40,000 bases of DNA, from positions 42,634 through 82,633 of the forward strand of contig JBBRLH010000011.1 of assembly GCA_038231475.1 (NCBI GenBank), in the 5' to 3' direction. The notes beneath the pieces were generated by a model. That model searched no databases and was not told where the DNA came from. It saw only the letters and a list, made by a program, of their open reading frames with translations. Of the stretch, positions 19,258 through 30,446 are shown piece after piece. Positions within the stretch are counted from its first letter, which is position 1; every line of letters starts with the position of its first letter. Position numbers and translations under genes: made by a program. The stretch comes from Hyphomicrobiales bacterium (GTDB lineage: Bacteria > Pseudomonadota > Alphaproteobacteria > Rhizobiales > Aestuariivirgaceae).

Positions 19258-20562
19258 TTACAAAATAAACTTGCTTAGATCCGTGTTCTTGGCCAATTCG
19301 CCGACATGCTGGTTCACATAGGCTGCGTCGATGTTCACCGTCTCGCCAGTCCGGTCGGTGGCGGTGAAGCTTACATCATCAAGAACGCGCTCCATGATAG
19401 TTTGCAAGCGGCGCGCGCCGATGTTTTCAACGGATGCGTTGATCTCGGCGGCGAGCTTGGCGATGGCGACCACGCCATCATCGGTGAATTCAAGCGCAAC
19501 ACCTTCGGTCTCAAGCAGCGCGCGATATTGCTTGATGAGGCTGGTCTCGGGCTCGGTCAAAATGCGGCGGAATTCTTCCTGTCCCAGCGCTTTCAATTCC
19601 ACGCGAATGGGAAGGCGGCCCTGAAGCTCCGGCAGCAAGTCTGAAGGCTTCGCCACATGAAATGCGCCCGACGCGATAAAGAGAATATGATCGGTCTTCA
19701 CCGGGCCATGCTTGGTTGAAACTGTCGTGCCTTCAATCAGTGGAAGCAAATCACGCTGCACACCTTCGCGGCTGACATCGGCACCACCGCGGCCTTCGCG
19801 CGATGCGATCTTGTCGATTTCATCGAGAAATACAATGCCATTGTTTTCAACTATTTCAATGGCTTCTGCGATGATCTTCTCCTGATCTAGGAGCTTTTCG
19901 CTCTCTTCATTCAGAAGAATTTTCTGGGCCTGCTCAACACTCACCTTGCGCGGCTTGGTGCGATTACCAAAGGCCTTGCCCATCATGTCGGAGAGGTTGA
20001 TGACGGAGGCTGAACCTCCCGGCATTCCCGGAATGTCAAAGGCGGGTAAGCCGCCTGTATCCGCAACCTGAATTTCAATTTCCTTGGTTGAAAGTTCGCC
20101 GGCGCGCAATTTTTTACGGAACACGTCTTGCGTTGACTCCGACGCGTTTGCACCGACCAAAGCTTCAACCACGCGGACTTCCGCATTGAGTTCAGCTTGC
20201 GCTTCCACTTCCTTGCGGCGTTGCGACTTCACCATGCCGATGCCCGCTTCCAAAAGGTCACGCACGATCTGGTCAACGTCGCGACCAACGTATCCCACTT
20301 CAGTAAATTTCGTCGCTTCAACTTTCAGGAATGGCGCATTGGCGAGTTTGGCAAGACGTCGCGCGATTTCGGTTTTGCCCACACCCGTGGGGCCTATCAT
20401 CAAGATATTTTTCGGAACCACGTCTTCGCGCATCTGGCCTTTGAGTTGTTGCCTGCGCCAGCGGTTGCGCAAAGCAATGGCCACGGCGCGCTTGGCGTCA
20501 TGCTGGCCAATGATGAAACGATCGAGTTCAGAAACGATTTCGCGGGGAGAGAAGTTGGTCAT
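19258..20562 (-). CDS. hslU: ATP-dependent protease ATPase subunit HslU
   Basis: 434 aa with [21 protein letters not shown] and Walker [16 protein letters not shown]. Confidence 0.98.
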   Translation of the reverse strand: MTNFSPREIVSELDRFIIGQHDAKRAVAIALRNRWRRQQLKGQMREDVVPKNILMIGPTGVGKTEIARRLAKLANAPFLKVEATKFTEVGYVGRDVDQIVRDLLEAGIGMVKSQRRKEVEAQAELNAEVRVVEALVGANASESTQDVFRKKLRAGELSTKEIEIQVADTGGLPAFDIPGMPGGSASVINLSDMMGKAFGNRTKPRKVSVEQAQKILLNEESEKLLDQEKIIAEAIEIVENNGIVFLDEIDKIASREGRGGADVSREGVQRDLLPLIEGTTVSTKHGPVKTDHILFIASGAFHVAKPSDLLPELQGRLPIRVELKALGQEEFRRILTEPETSLIKQYRALLETEGVALEFTDDGVVAIAKLAAEINASVENIGARRLQTIMERVLDDVSFTATDRTGETVNIDAAYVNQHVGELAKNTDLSKFIL

Positions 20563-21104
20563 GTGTCGAGAGTCTCAATCGTCAAATTGCCATTGGTGTA
20601 AACGCAAATCTCTGCCGCGATGCCCATGGCCTTGCGGGCGATGGCTTCGGCCGTCATGTCTTGATCAATCAAGGCGCGAGCGGCGGCCAGCGCATAATTG
20701 CCGCCTGAGCCGATGGCGATCACGCCGTTCTCAGGTTCCAGCACATCGCCGGTTCCGGTGAGGACCAGAGACACGTTCTTGTCCGCCACGATCATCATGG
20801 CTTCGAGGCGGCGGAGATAACGGTCGGTGCGCCAGTCCTTGGCCATGTCGACGCAGGCTCTCGTAAGTTGGCCGGGGAATTTTTCGAGCTTGCCTTCCAG
20901 ACGTTCAAACAGCGTCATGGCATCGGCGGTCGCTCCGGCAAATCCGGCAATAACCGTGCCGTCGCCCAAGGGCCGCACTTTCTTGGCATTGCCCTTGATC
21001 ACCGTCTGCCCCAGGCTCACCTGGCCATCGCCCGCGATCACCACCTTGCCGCCTTTGCGGACTGTCAAAATCGTCGTGCCGTGCCAAGTTGGAATTTCGC
21101 TCAT
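20559..21104 (-). CDS. hslV: ATP-dependent protease subunit HslV
   Basis: 181 aa from ATG 21104 ([30 protein letters not shown]). 4-nt overlap with hslU. Confidence 0.95.
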   Translation of the reverse strand: MSEIPTWHGTTILTVRKGGKVVIAGDGQVSLGQTVIKGNAKKVRPLGDGTVIAGFAGATADAMTLFERLEGKLEKFPGQLTRACVDMAKDWRTDRYLRRLEAMMIVADKNVSLVLTGTGDVLEPENGVIAIGSGGNYALAAARALIDQDMTAEAIARKAMGIAAEICVYTNGNLTIETLDT

Positions 21105-21212
21105 GGTTTTCGTCCTCTCGCCCCCATGTAAGGCTTTGTTTGCCTCAGTTAAAGGCCATATGGCCAATTAATGCTGCATCTGCTAAGAGCGCCGCCTTAA
21201 AGGATAAAGCCC

Positions 21213-21806
21213 ATGCGCAAAGCCGAAATTTCCCGCAAAACCACCGAAACGGCCGTTAAGCTGGCTGTTAACCTTGATGGCACGGGCCACTATGACATCA
21301 AGACAGGCGTAGGCTTTTTTGACCACATGATGGAACAGCTGGCGCGCCATTCGCTGATCGACATCACGCTTGAAACCAAGGGCGATCTTCACATTGATGA
21401 CCATCACACGGTTGAGGATTCCGGCATTGCCTTGGGGCAAGCCGTGGCCAAGGCGTTAGGGGACCGCAAGGGCATTCGCCGATATGGGTCATGCGATTTG
21501 CCGATGGATGAAGTTTTGAGTCGTTGTGCTGTCGATGTGTCCGGCCGCGCCTTTCTGGTGTTCAAAGTCGAATTTCCAACCCAGAAGATCGGCACGTTCG
21601 ACACGGAACTCGTGCGCGAATGGTTTCAGGCCTTTGCGATGAATGCCGGTATCACGCTTCACATTGAAAACGCCTATGGCGCCAATTCGCATCACATTGC
21701 CGAAAGCTGCTTCAAGGCTTTGGCGCGGGCGCTTCGTGATGCGCTTGAAATTGATCCGCGCCAGGCGAACCGCATTCCCTCAACCAAGGGCACATTGTCG
21801 GCGTGA
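21213..21806 (+). CDS. hisB: imidazoleglycerol-phosphate dehydratase
   Basis: 197 aa with [25 protein letters not shown] and HHIAES motifs. Confidence 0.97.
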   Translation: MRKAEISRKTTETAVKLAVNLDGTGHYDIKTGVGFFDHMMEQLARHSLIDITLETKGDLHIDDHHTVEDSGIALGQAVAKALGDRKGIRRYGSCDLPMDEVLSRCAVDVSGRAFLVFKVEFPTQKIGTFDTELVREWFQAFAMNAGITLHIENAYGANSHHIAESCFKALARALRDALEIDPRQANRIPSTKGTLSA

Positions 21807-22456
21807 TGAAGACTGTCATCATTGACTATGGTTCGGGCAATCTGCATTCGGCCCTGAAGGCGTTTGAGCGCGCGGCCACGGATCATCAGATCAAGGGCAA
21901 GATCATTGTGTCCTCAAAGCCTGATGATGTGGCAACGGCTGATCGCATCGTGCTGCCGGGTGTTGGTGCGTTCAAGGATTGCCGCGATGGTTTGATGGCG
22001 GTGGATGGCTTGCGGGCAGCAATGCAGGAACAAGTGATTGCCAAGGGTCGGCCGTTTCTGGGCATTTGCGTGGGCATGCAATTGATGGCGACGCGTGGTC
22101 TTGAACACGAAGTAACCATGGGCTTAGGCTGGGTGGCGGGCGATGTGAAGCTGATCACGCCCTCTGATCCCGAATTGAAAATTCCGCATATGGGATGGAA
22201 CACTATTACGCCGCTTGCGCAACACGCTTTGCTCGATGGCATCCGCACGGGTGATGATGGGCTTCATGCCTATTTCGTGCACAGCTATAATTTCGAGACG
22301 ACGTTGCCCGAAGACATGGCGGCTACGGCTGACTATGGTGGTCCAGTGACAGCCATGGTGGGCTATGACAATCTTGTGGGCACTCAGTTTCATCCGGAGA
22401 AGAGCCAGGCTCTGGGCTTGGCCTTGATTGCGAATTTTTTGAGGTGGAAGCCTTGA
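21806..22456 (+). CDS. hisH: imidazole glycerol phosphate synthase, glutamine amidotransferase subunit
   Basis: [29 protein letters not shown] (Cys nucleophile), FHPEKS. ATG overlaps the hisB stop (TGATG). Confidence 0.95.
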   Translation: MKTVIIDYGSGNLHSALKAFERAATDHQIKGKIIVSSKPDDVATADRIVLPGVGAFKDCRDGLMAVDGLRAAMQEQVIAKGRPFLGICVGMQLMATRGLEHEVTMGLGWVAGDVKLITPSDPELKIPHMGWNTITPLAQHALLDGIRTGDDGLHAYFVHSYNFETTLPEDMAATADYGGPVTAMVGYDNLVGTQFHPEKSQALGLALIANFLRWKP

Positions 22457-22471
22457 TCCCGCTCCGTTCTT

Positions 22472-22584
22472 ATCCTCCCCGCTTGCCGGGGAGGTGTCAG
22501 GCGAAGCATGACGGAGGGGTTCTTTGCCTAGAGCAGCCAACCCGTCCGGCGCTGCGCGCCACCTCCCCGGCAAGCGGGGAGGAG
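22472..22584. repeat. MITE-like palindromic repeat element (copy B) between hisH and hisA
   Basis: ATCCTCCCCGCTTGCCGGGGAGGTG (22472-22496) is the near-perfect reverse complement of CACCTCCCCGGCAAGCGGGGAGGAG (22560-22584). Each arm is itself a hairpin. The right half is homologous to 7561-7612. Confidence 0.65.
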
Positions 22585-22595
22585 AAGGTATCCGC

Positions 22596-23324
22596 ATGAT
22601 CCTGTTTCCCGCAATTGATCTCAAAGACGGCCAATGCGTTCGCCTGAAGTTGGGCGATATGGCGCAAGCCACGATCTACAATGAGGACCCTGCAGCACAG
22701 GCGCGCGAATTTGAAGTCCAAGGCTTTGAATGGCTTCACGTTGTTGATCTCAACGGGGCCTTTGAAGGCCAGTCGGTGAATGGCGCTGCGGTTGAAAGCA
22801 TTCTGAAGGCAACGAAGAATCCAGTGCAGTTAGGCGGCGGCATTCGCACACTGGCTCACATTGAGGCTTGGCTTGCCAAGGGTCTGGCCCGCGTCATCCT
22901 CGGGACCGTTGCCGTGCGCAATCCAGATTTAGTAAAAGAAGCGTGCCGATTATTCCCCGGCAAAGTTGCCGTGGGGATTGATGCCAAGGGTGGCAAGGTT
23001 GCCGTTGAAGGCTGGGCCGAAGCATCTTCGCTCGGCGTGATTGAGCTTGCCAAGAAATTTGAAGGCGCTGGCGTTGCGGCACTGATCTATACCGACATCG
23101 ACCGCGATGGCATTCTGGCGGGCATCAACTGGCCCAGCACCTTGGCACTGGCCGATGCCGTTTCAATTCCGGTGATTGCATCGGGAGGCCTCGCCTCCAT
23201 AGAGGATATTCGCCGCATGACAAAGCCCGATGCCAAGAAGCTCGCGGGCGCCATTACGGGCCGCGCCCTTTATGATGGACGTTTGAATGCCAATGAAGCT
23301 TTGGCACTGTTGAGGACCGCATGA
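22596..23324 (+). CDS. hisA: 1-(5-phosphoribosyl)-5-[(5-phosphoribosylamino)methylideneamino]imidazole-4-carboxamide isomerase
   Basis: [17 protein letters not shown] is the canonical HisA N-terminus. The track start at 22524 reads through the repeat element. Confidence 0.95.
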   Translation: MILFPAIDLKDGQCVRLKLGDMAQATIYNEDPAAQAREFEVQGFEWLHVVDLNGAFEGQSVNGAAVESILKATKNPVQLGGGIRTLAHIEAWLAKGLARVILGTVAVRNPDLVKEACRLFPGKVAVGIDAKGGKVAVEGWAEASSLGVIELAKKFEGAGVAALIYTDIDRDGILAGINWPSTLALADAVSIPVIASGGLASIEDIRRMTKPDAKKLAGAITGRALYDGRLNANEALALLRTA

Positions 23325-24070
23325 ACAAAGTTCTTTTGATTACCGGCGGCGGGCGCGGCATTGGAGCAGCCACCGCCCTGCTCGCGGCTCGCCAAGGGTA
23401 TGCCGTGGCTGTCAATTATCAGAGCGACAAGGCCCGCGCCGAAGATATTGTGGCGCAAATTGCAAAGACCAATGGCAAGGCCGTGGCAGTTCAGGGCGAT
23501 GTTTCAAACCCTGAAGACGTGGCGCGGCTCTTTGATGAGACAGAACGCGCGCTCGGCAAGGTGACACATGTTGTGCAATCGGCTGGCATCACCGGAAAAT
23601 CCTCACGACTGGTTGATGCTCCATTGGATGTGATCCGCCAGACCCTCGACATCAATCTGCTCGGCACAATTCTGGTGGCGCGCGAGGCCGTCAAACGCAT
23701 GTCAACTAAACTTGGTGGCAAGGGCGGTGCCATCGTCAATATTTCATCTGCCGCAGCCCTGTTAGGAAGCCCCGGCGAATATGTCTGGTATGCGGCGTCG
23801 AAAGGCGGGGTTGACAGCTTAACGACCGGGCTTGCCAAAGAAGTCGCCGAAGAAGGCATCCGTGTGAATGCCGTAGTGCCGGGCATGGTGGAAACTGAGA
23901 TTCACGAACGCTCGACGGGAGACGCAGCCCGCGTTGGCCGCATCATTCCCAATATCCCCATGAAGCGCATCGGCAAGCCAGAAGAAATTGCTGAAGCCGT
24001 TTTGTTTCTGTTGAGCGATGCCTCTTCTTATACGACGGGTACCACGCTTCGTGTCTCGGGAGGCCGATAA
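23321..24070 (+). CDS. short-chain dehydrogenase/reductase (SDR) family oxidoreductase
   Basis: 249 aa with TGGGRGIG (cofactor motif), NISS and YAASK (YxxxK). Overlaps the hisA stop (ATGA) and the hisF start (TAATG). Confidence 0.9.
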   Translation: MNKVLLITGGGRGIGAATALLAARQGYAVAVNYQSDKARAEDIVAQIAKTNGKAVAVQGDVSNPEDVARLFDETERALGKVTHVVQSAGITGKSSRLVDAPLDVIRQTLDINLLGTILVAREAVKRMSTKLGGKGGAIVNISSAAALLGSPGEYVWYAASKGGVDSLTTGLAKEVAEEGIRVNAVVPGMVETEIHERSTGDAARVGRIIPNIPMKRIGKPEEIAEAVLFLLSDASSYTTGTTLRVSGGR

Positions 24071-24840
24071 TGCTGAAGATGCGTGTCATCCCCTGCCTCG
24101 ATGTGAAAGATGGCCGCGTTGTCAAAGGCGTGAACTTCGTTGACCTGCGTGATGCGGGCGATCCTGTTGAAGCGGCGCGCGCCTATGATGTGGCGGGGGC
24201 TGATGAACTTTGTTTTCTCGACATCACAGCCACGCACGAAAATCGCGGGGTGTTGTTTGATGTGGTGAAACGCACGGCGGAAGCCTGCTTCATGCCGCTC
24301 ACCGTTGGTGGTGGGGTTCGCACACTCGATGATATCCGCAACCTGCTTTTGTCAGGCGCTGACAAGGTTTCAATCAACTCTGCTGCCGTGGCAAACCGGC
24401 AATTTGTGAAAGACGCCGCGACGAAGTTTGGCAGTCAGTGTATTGTCGTGGCGATTGACGCCAAGGAAACAGCACCGGGAAAATTTGAAATCTTCACCCA
24501 TGGTGGACGCAAAGAAACAGACATAAATGCAGTGGAATTTGCAAAAGAAGTCGCCGCATTGGGGGCTGGTGAAATTCTGCTGACCTCGATGGATCGCGAT
24601 GGCACGGGCAAGGGATTCAATCTCGCTTTGACACGCGCCGTTGCTGATGCCGTTTCCATTCCGGTGATTGCTTCAGGTGGCGTTGGAACGCTCGATCATC
24701 TCGTTGAAGGCATTCGCGATGGCCATGCCACGGCGGTTCTTGCGGCATCGATTTTTCACTTTGGAACTTTCACCATTGGCCAGGCCAAGGCCCATATGGC
24801 CGAAGCTGGCATTGCCATGCGCCTGGCCACGGAGGCTTGA
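24070..24840 (+). CDS. hisF: imidazole glycerol phosphate synthase, cyclase subunit
   Basis: [23 protein letters not shown]... is canonical HisF. Confidence 0.97.
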   Translation: MLKMRVIPCLDVKDGRVVKGVNFVDLRDAGDPVEAARAYDVAGADELCFLDITATHENRGVLFDVVKRTAEACFMPLTVGGGVRTLDDIRNLLLSGADKVSINSAAVANRQFVKDAATKFGSQCIVVAIDAKETAPGKFEIFTHGGRKETDINAVEFAKEVAALGAGEILLTSMDRDGTGKGFNLALTRAVADAVSIPVIASGGVGTLDHLVEGIRDGHATAVLAASIFHFGTFTIGQAKAHMAEAGIAMRLATEA

Positions 24841-25167
24841 ATGAAACATGATCTTGAAATTTTGGCAAAGCTTGCCGACACCATTGCGTCACGCGCGGGA
24901 ACTTCGCCTGAGGTTTCATACACCTCAAAACTTCTGGCCGCGGGCACTGAGAAATGTGCAAAGAAATTCGGCGAGGAATCATTTGAGTTGGCGCTGGCCA
25001 GTGTGACGGGCGATCACGCCCACAAGGCCAATGAGGCGGCGGATGTATTTTATCATCTGTTGGTGTTGCTGCAATCAAACGGGGTGACCCTTTCGGAAGT
25101 GATGGCCGTCTTACAGGCCCGCGAAGGCACCAGTGGGCATGATGAGAAGGCCTCGCGACGTGGCTGA
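24841..25167 (+). CDS. hisE: phosphoribosyl-ATP pyrophosphatase
   Basis: 108 aa with [21 protein letters not shown] and [13 protein letters not shown], which are HisE motifs. Confidence 0.9.
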   Translation: MKHDLEILAKLADTIASRAGTSPEVSYTSKLLAAGTEKCAKKFGEESFELALASVTGDHAHKANEAADVFYHLLVLLQSNGVTLSEVMAVLQAREGTSGHDEKASRRG

Positions 25168-26122
25168 ATTTGATGAGGACCTGGCGCGCGAGGTTTCGCC
25201 ATTCCGGCGGTTCGCGCGCGATGAATGGGCGGCGTTGCGTGCCGACACGCCGATGACACTGACCGAGGCTGATCTCGTCGAGGTGCGAAGCCTCAATGAC
25301 AAGATCAACCTCAATGAAGTCGAGATGATTTATCTGCCGCTGTCGCGTCTGCTCAATCTCTATGTTCAGGCCAGCCAGAGATTGTTTTCAGCGTCCAATT
25401 TCTTTCTGCACCGGACTGACTTGAAAGTGCCTTATGTCATTGGCGTGGCCGGCAGCGTTGCGGGCGGCAAGAGCACCACAGCGCGCATTCTGCGCCGGCT
25501 TTTGTCGCGGTGGCCCTCAACGCCCAAGGTTGATCTTGTCACGACCGATGGCTTTCTGATGCCCAACGCCGTTCTCGAAAAAGATGGCTTGATGGCGCGC
25601 AAGGGTTTTCCTGAGAGCTATGACCTGCCCAATCTGTTGCGTTTTCTTTCGGCAATCAAGGCGGGCGAGCGCGATGTCGAGGCGCCGCTTTATTCGCATC
25701 TCACCTATGATATTCTGCCGGACAAGACGCAGGTGATTGACCAGCCTGATATCCTGATTGTCGAAGGCATTAATGTTTTGCAGACGGGCCGCCCGCCGCG
25801 CGATGGCCGCGGCATTCCCAATGTGTCCGACTTTTTTGATTTCTCGATCTATATTGATGCTGATGAAGCCGATCTTCGCGATTGGTATATTGCGCGCTTC
25901 TTCAGTTTGCGAAGCGGCGCATTTGCCGATCCCAAATCCTATTTCCATCGCTACGCCGCGATCGACGACAAGACCGCCAATACTACGGCGTCGCGCATCT
26001 GGGAAACGATCAATCTGGTGAACTTGCGGGAGAACGTTCTACCGACGCGACCGCGCGCTGATCTCGTGTTACGCAAGGGCACCGACCATATGGTGCGCAC
26101 TGTTTATTTGCGGAAACTCTAA
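25133..26122 (+). CDS. coaA: type I pantothenate kinase
   Basis: [25 protein letters not shown] parallels the E. coli CoaA N-terminus. P-loop [15 protein letters not shown]. Exact start ambiguous (GTG 25133, ATG 25139 or ATG 25142). Confidence 0.93.
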   Translation: MGMMRRPRDVAEFDEDLAREVSPFRRFARDEWAALRADTPMTLTEADLVEVRSLNDKINLNEVEMIYLPLSRLLNLYVQASQRLFSASNFFLHRTDLKVPYVIGVAGSVAGGKSTTARILRRLLSRWPSTPKVDLVTTDGFLMPNAVLEKDGLMARKGFPESYDLPNLLRFLSAIKAGERDVEAPLYSHLTYDILPDKTQVIDQPDILIVEGINVLQTGRPPRDGRGIPNVSDFFDFSIYIDADEADLRDWYIARFFSLRSGAFADPKSYFHRYAAIDDKTANTTASRIWETINLVNLRENVLPTRPRADLVLRKGTDHMVRTVYLRKL

Positions 26123-26267
26123 TTTCTCGCCGTCGAAGATTTGGGCACATTTCGAGGCCAAAATTACAAAATCCTAACAATCTCCCAAAAAATACCAAAC
26201 TTGCTGAACTTATCAGGGTTTTGAGCGTTGTGCCTGAGATGCGGACAACAATCAGAAGGATATTGTC

Positions 26268-26501
26268 ATGAAGAAGCTTGTTTCAATCGCTGCCATTTCG
26301 GCTGCAATCGCCCTCGCCCCAACCGGTGCCTCGGCTCACGCTTGGAAACATCATCACGGCTATCAGCATGAAGGTGGTGCCCTTGTTGTTATCGGCGCAG
26401 GTGCCGGTGCTGGTGCCTTGATTGCGGGGCCCGTCGGCGCCGCAGTCGGTGGTGTTGCTGGCCTGTTTCTGGTTGTCGTTGGCGACGCTGCCAACAACTA
26501 A
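26268..26501 (+). CDS. small secreted/membrane glycine-zipper protein with His-rich segment
   Basis: 77 aa. Signal peptide MKKLVSIAAISAAIALAPTGASA, then HAWKHHHGYQHEG, then a GxxxG-rich hydrophobic tail. Followed by a terminator. Confidence 0.55.
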   Translation: MKKLVSIAAISAAIALAPTGASAHAWKHHHGYQHEGGALVVIGAGAGAGALIAGPVGAAVGGVAGLFLVVVGDAANN

Positions 26502-26520
26502 GCGCAATCGTTGAGATCAA

Positions 26521-26560
26521 AGCCTCCGGGGAGCCTTATGCATTCCGGAGGCTTTCTTTG
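26521..26560 (+). terminator. putative rho-independent terminator
   Basis: AGCCTCCGG (26521-26529) pairs with CCGGAGGCT (26545-26553), followed by TTCTTTG. The loop is rather large (15 nt). Confidence 0.55.
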
Positions 26561-26666
26561 TGACGTTGGCAGAGGTTAAATCACCCGCCAATCTATTTTT
26601 CTTGAACGCTTGAGGGCTTTGTCTCAAAAGCCTTTGCAAGATTGATTTTACTGTTGAGGACCATTC

Positions 26667-27611
26667 ATGACGAAGCGACAACTCGGACGTTCAGACATTT
26701 CATTTGAGCCTTTGGTGCTGGGCACTAATGTTTTCGGCTGGACCGCTGACGAGGCCACCTCATTTGCCGTTCTGGATGCCTTCATTGCAGAAGGCTTTAC
26801 CGCGATTGACACGGCTGACGTTTATTCGCGCTGGGTGCCCGGCAATGAAAGTGAATCTGAAAAGATCATTGGCAGGTGGATCAAGGCGCGCGGATCACGC
26901 AGCAAAATTATTCTGGCCACGAAGGTTGGCTCGGATATGGGCCAAGGGCGGAAAGACCTGCGGGCCAGCTGGATCGTCAAGGCCGTCGAAGATTCATTGC
27001 AGCGTTTGCAAACCGACTACATCGATCTTTATCAATCGCATTGGCCCGATCCATTAACACCCGAAGAAGAGACATTGGGTGCCTATGACAAATTAATCAA
27101 GGCTGGCAAAGTGCGCGTGATCGGTGCGTCGAATTATGATGAGAAGCTATTGGGCAAGGCCTTGAAGCTTTCGCGCGAAAAGGGCCTGCCCCGTTATCAG
27201 TCACTGCAGAACGAATACAATCTCTATGAACGCTCCTCCTATGAAGGGGCGGTGCAGGATCTCGTGGTCAAGGAAGGTCTGGGCGCCCTCACCTATTTCA
27301 GCCTGGCGTCAGGATTCCTGACGGGCAAATATCGCAGCAAGGCTGATCTTTCCAAAAGCCAGCGCGGCGAAGGCATTGCAAAATATCTGGATGCGCGAGG
27401 GTTGAAAATTCTTGCTGCACTGGATGATGTGTCGGCTCGCACCGGCGCTGCACTTTCTGAAATTTCGCTGGCGTGGATCAATGCTCAAGCCGGTGTCGTA
27501 GCACCCATCGCTTCGGCAACCTCAGTTGCGCAGCTTACGAGCCTGGCGCGCGGTGCGAGGCTTGTGCTGAAACCCGAAGATCTGAAAGTTCTCACCGACG
27601 CGGGGGCCTGA
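26667..27611 (+). CDS. aldo/keto reductase family oxidoreductase
   Basis: 314 aa with GTNVFGW, IDTADVY, LATKVG and YQSHWPD, which are AKR signatures. Confidence 0.9.
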   Translation: MTKRQLGRSDISFEPLVLGTNVFGWTADEATSFAVLDAFIAEGFTAIDTADVYSRWVPGNESESEKIIGRWIKARGSRSKIILATKVGSDMGQGRKDLRASWIVKAVEDSLQRLQTDYIDLYQSHWPDPLTPEEETLGAYDKLIKAGKVRVIGASNYDEKLLGKALKLSREKGLPRYQSLQNEYNLYERSSYEGAVQDLVVKEGLGALTYFSLASGFLTGKYRSKADLSKSQRGEGIAKYLDARGLKILAALDDVSARTGAALSEISLAWINAQAGVVAPIASATSVAQLTSLARGARLVLKPEDLKVLTDAGA

Positions 27612-27625
27612 CAAAGCCGCAGGCG

Positions 27626-28081
27626 TTAAACCGCAAATCTTTCCTTGATGCGCTTCACCAGATCGTCGCGCACGCCGCGATAAGCATCCAGAATTTGCGC
27701 GCGACTGCCTTGGCATGTCGAAGGATCGGGAATGGTCCAGCCTTCGACTTCGACGGCCATGGTGCGCGCCATGTCCTCGGCGCGTTTTTGCGCTTCGGGT
27801 GACAGTGTGACCAGAAGATCGAATGCGGAATCTTCCATGTCTTCAAAACTGTGTGGACGATGGGTTTTGAGATCAATGCCGATCTCGTCCATCACCAGTC
27901 CCACAAAGGGATCAGGATCGCCTGCGGCAATGCCAGCCGAGGCCACGTAGATTTTATCGCCGCGATAATGATGCAGAATAGCGGCGGCCATGGGTGAGCG
28001 AATGGCATTCAGAGTGCAGGCAAACAATACGGCGCTGGGTTGGCGTTTTGCTGTCATGCCGCGCGCCACATCAGTGAGCAC
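27626..28081 (-). CDS. low-molecular-weight protein-tyrosine phosphatase / ArsC-like
   Basis: 151 aa with the CX5R(S) P-loop VLFACTLNAIRSPMAAAIL. Confidence 0.85.
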   Translation of the reverse strand: MLTDVARGMTAKRQPSAVLFACTLNAIRSPMAAAILHHYRGDKIYVASAGIAAGDPDPFVGLVMDEIGIDLKTHRPHSFEDMEDSAFDLLVTLSPEAQKRAEDMARTMAVEVEGWTIPDPSTCQGSRAQILDAYRGVRDDLVKRIKERFAV

Positions 28082-28539
28082 ACAAGCGTGAACAGGCGGC
28101 GCGCCGTGTCGAAATCCATTTCGGCCTTGCCCGCCAGACGTTCCTGCAGCAATGCGCTGCCGTCATTGTGAATGCCACGCCTTGCCATGTCGATCGCTTC
28201 AATGGCGCGCGGGTTCGAAGCTTTCACGGCCATGTTGTAGCTGTCGCAGATTTCAAAATAATCTTTCATCACGCGGCGAAAGGGCGAGAGCGAAAGACCG
28301 ATGGTGTAAGTCTGATTTGTGTCATTCAGAAATTCGAAGATCAGCCGTTGATCGAGCGTGGACAGATGAAGCGTGTAGGGACCGGTGACGCCATTGCTGA
28401 GGTGGAAGCTGTTGGCCTCGAGCAGATCGTAAATCGCCAATTGCCGGTCACTTTCGGCTTCGCGCGACGGGGCCTTGCCGATGGAGGATCCAATCTCGAC
28501 CTTGGACAGGTGATTTGGGCCCTTGGCTGCGTTAGACAT
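28054..28539 (-). CDS. UPF0262 family protein
   Basis: 161 aa from ATG 28539 (MSNAAKGP...). RQLAIYDLLEANSFHL resembles the conserved UPF0262 segment of alphaproteobacteria. 8-nt overlap with the upstream gene. Confidence 0.7.
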   Translation of the reverse strand: MSNAAKGPNHLSKVEIGSSIGKAPSREAESDRQLAIYDLLEANSFHLSNGVTGPYTLHLSTLDQRLIFEFLNDTNQTYTIGLSLSPFRRVMKDYFEICDSYNMAVKASNPRAIEAIDMARRGIHNDGSALLQERLAGKAEMDFDTARRLFTLVCSLMWRAA

Positions 28540-28945
28540 CGTGACCGGGCACGATGTCAGTGCCCCAGGCTCCACCCAGATCGGCCATCGTCACGTTGAG
28601 GCAATCCACGGCAAGCTTGATTTGTTTGCCCGCCGAAAAACTGAGTGTGACCGTGCCCGCCAAACCATCACTGGGTTCAAAGCTGATGGCGAGGACAGAC
28701 AAGATCGCCGAGGCTTGGGCATTCTCAAAGCCTGAAGCCTTCACCGACGTCACGTCATCAAAATGGAGACCCGTGCGGCGGCGCTGCTTTTCGGGGAGTG
28801 CGTCCCAGGCAAAACGATTGGAGACCAGGGCAAAGCGGCGGCGCTTGGCGTCAAACTGCATGTCGGCGCGTTTCAACACGGCGTCCTGCATTTGCGCTGA
28901 AATTACCGCAAGGTCTTCAGCATCATCAGCCTGAAGTCGCAGCAT
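28532..28945 (-). CDS. DUF2948-like protein
   Basis: 137 aa, MLRLQADDAEDLAVISAQMQDAVLKRADMQFDAKRRRFALVSNRFAWD. This family is typically found downstream of murA in alphaproteobacteria. Assignment is from memory of the family pattern. Confidence 0.6.
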   Translation of the reverse strand: MLRLQADDAEDLAVISAQMQDAVLKRADMQFDAKRRRFALVSNRFAWDALPEKQRRRTGLHFDDVTSVKASGFENAQASAILSVLAISFEPSDGLAGTVTLSFSAGKQIKLAVDCLNVTMADLGGAWGTDIVPGHDV

Positions 28946-28948
28946 GGC

Positions 28949-30241
28949 TTATGAACCAGACAGCCTTTCGACATCAGCACCGACACCTTGAAGCTTTTCT
29001 TCCAGTGCTTCAAAGCCACGGTCCAAGTGATAGACCCGGTGCAGCATGGTATCGCCCTGAGCCGCTAGACCCGCGATGACGAGCGACACCGAGGCGCGCA
29101 AATCCGTTGCCATCACATCGGCACCCGTCAACTTTGCAACACCACGCACTTCCGCCATGTCGCCGTGGAGATGAATGTCGGCACCAAGGCGCGCCAGCTC
29201 CTGCACATGCATGAAGCGGTTTTCAAAAATCGTCTCGCGGATATGGCTCTTGCCCTTGGCCATGGTCATCAGCCCCATGAACTGGGCCTGAAGGTCCGTC
29301 GGGAAGCCGGGGAATGGATCAGTCGTCACGTCAACCGGCATGATGCCTGAGCCGTTGCGCTTGATCCGCATGCCTTCATTGTTGGTTGAAACATCAATGC
29401 CGGCGCGTTGCATGGTGAGGATCACATCGGCCAGCGTATCCGCGCGGGCACCGCGCAATGTGACATCGCCACCCGCCATGCCAACGGCCATGGCATAGGT
29501 TCCGGTTTCGATGCGGTCGGCCACGACGGTGTGTTCCGCGCCCTGAAGGCTCGTCACACCGGTGATGTGCAAGGTCTTGGTGCCGATGCCTTCAATCTTG
29601 GCGCCCATCTTGACGAGGCATTCGGCAACGTCGGTGATCTCGGGTTCCATGGCGGCGTTTTCAATCACCGTGTCGCCCTTGGCCAGAACGGCGGCCATCA
29701 AGGCGGCATGGGTTGCGCCCACTGAAACCTTGGCGAATGAAATGTGCGCGCCCTTGAGGCCATTCTTCGCCTTGGCGATCACATAGCCCTGATCAATCAC
29801 GCATTCAGCGCCGAGCTTTTCCATGGCCAGCAAATGCATGTCCACTGGCCGCGTACCAATGGCGCAACCGCCGGGCAGCGACACCTTGGCTTCGCCCATG
29901 CGCGCAATCAACGGTCCCAGCACCCAGAAGGAGGCGCGCATTTTCGAGACGAGTTCGTAAGGGGCCGTTGTATCCACGATGGACTTTGCCGAAATCTTCA
30001 GGGTCTCGCCCGAGCTTCCCAATTGGCCGGGGCGCTTTCCCGCCGTGGTGATATCCACGCCGTGATTCAACAGAATGCGCTGCAGGGCTTTCACATCAGC
30101 CAGGCGCGGCACATTGTGCAGGGTGACGGTTTCCGGCGTGAGCAGCGGAATGATCATCAACGGCAGGGCGGCGTTCTTCGCACCCGAAATATCAATCGTG
30201 CCGGAGAGCTTGTTGCCGCCGCGAATCCTGATCCGGTCCAT
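28949..30241 (-). CDS. murA: UDP-N-acetylglucosamine 1-carboxyvinyltransferase
   Basis: 430 aa from ATG 30241 ([29 protein letters not shown]). Active-site region [13 protein letters not shown]. Confidence 0.97.
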   Translation of the reverse strand: MDRIRIRGGNKLSGTIDISGAKNAALPLMIIPLLTPETVTLHNVPRLADVKALQRILLNHGVDITTAGKRPGQLGSSGETLKISAKSIVDTTAPYELVSKMRASFWVLGPLIARMGEAKVSLPGGCAIGTRPVDMHLLAMEKLGAECVIDQGYVIAKAKNGLKGAHISFAKVSVGATHAALMAAVLAKGDTVIENAAMEPEITDVAECLVKMGAKIEGIGTKTLHITGVTSLQGAEHTVVADRIETGTYAMAVGMAGGDVTLRGARADTLADVILTMQRAGIDVSTNNEGMRIKRNGSGIMPVDVTTDPFPGFPTDLQAQFMGLMTMAKGKSHIRETIFENRFMHVQELARLGADIHLHGDMAEVRGVAKLTGADVMATDLRASVSLVIAGLAAQGDTMLHRVYHLDRGFEALEEKLQGVGADVERLSGS

Positions 30242-30417
30242 CTCGAAAATCCCCTTCAGGGCGACCCCGAAACGGTCCAACCCCCATAATTACAGTGATT
30301 GGCAGGTTACATAGAATTTAAACCGCCCGATTCAAAGGGTTTTTGCAAAGCCACAATGGCGGGATTGAGGCAGATGGCGTTGATAGGACTTTACTATTTT
30401 AAATAGGAAAATAACCC

Positions 30418-30446
30418 TTGACACCGTGCGGGCGAGCGGCTATAGG
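30418..30446 (+). promoter_or_regulatory. sigma70-like promoter motif with no obvious plus-strand gene
   Basis: TTGACA (30418-30423), a 17-nt spacer, then TATAGG (30441-30446). It sits at the junction between the conserved backbone and the AT-rich island. Sequence motif only. Confidence 0.3.

Noticed and set aside
21125-21154. Sigma32-like promoter for hslVU (minus strand CTTTAA-15-CCTTACAT) and the adjacent palindrome GGCCATATGGCC (21154-21165)
   Set aside because: The match to the consensus is partial. The -10 element would leave a leader of only about 14 nt overlapping the RBS. It is plausible but unsupported.
22524-22595. Longer N-termini offered by the ORF track for hisA (also for infA, the GNAT gene, the decarboxylase, fabI, hslV, murA, UPF0262, the OYE gene and the 18180 ORF)
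   Set aside because: The extensions lack conservation, overlap neighbouring genes or repeats, and bypass internal starts. Those internal starts give canonical N-termini and have RBS motifs.
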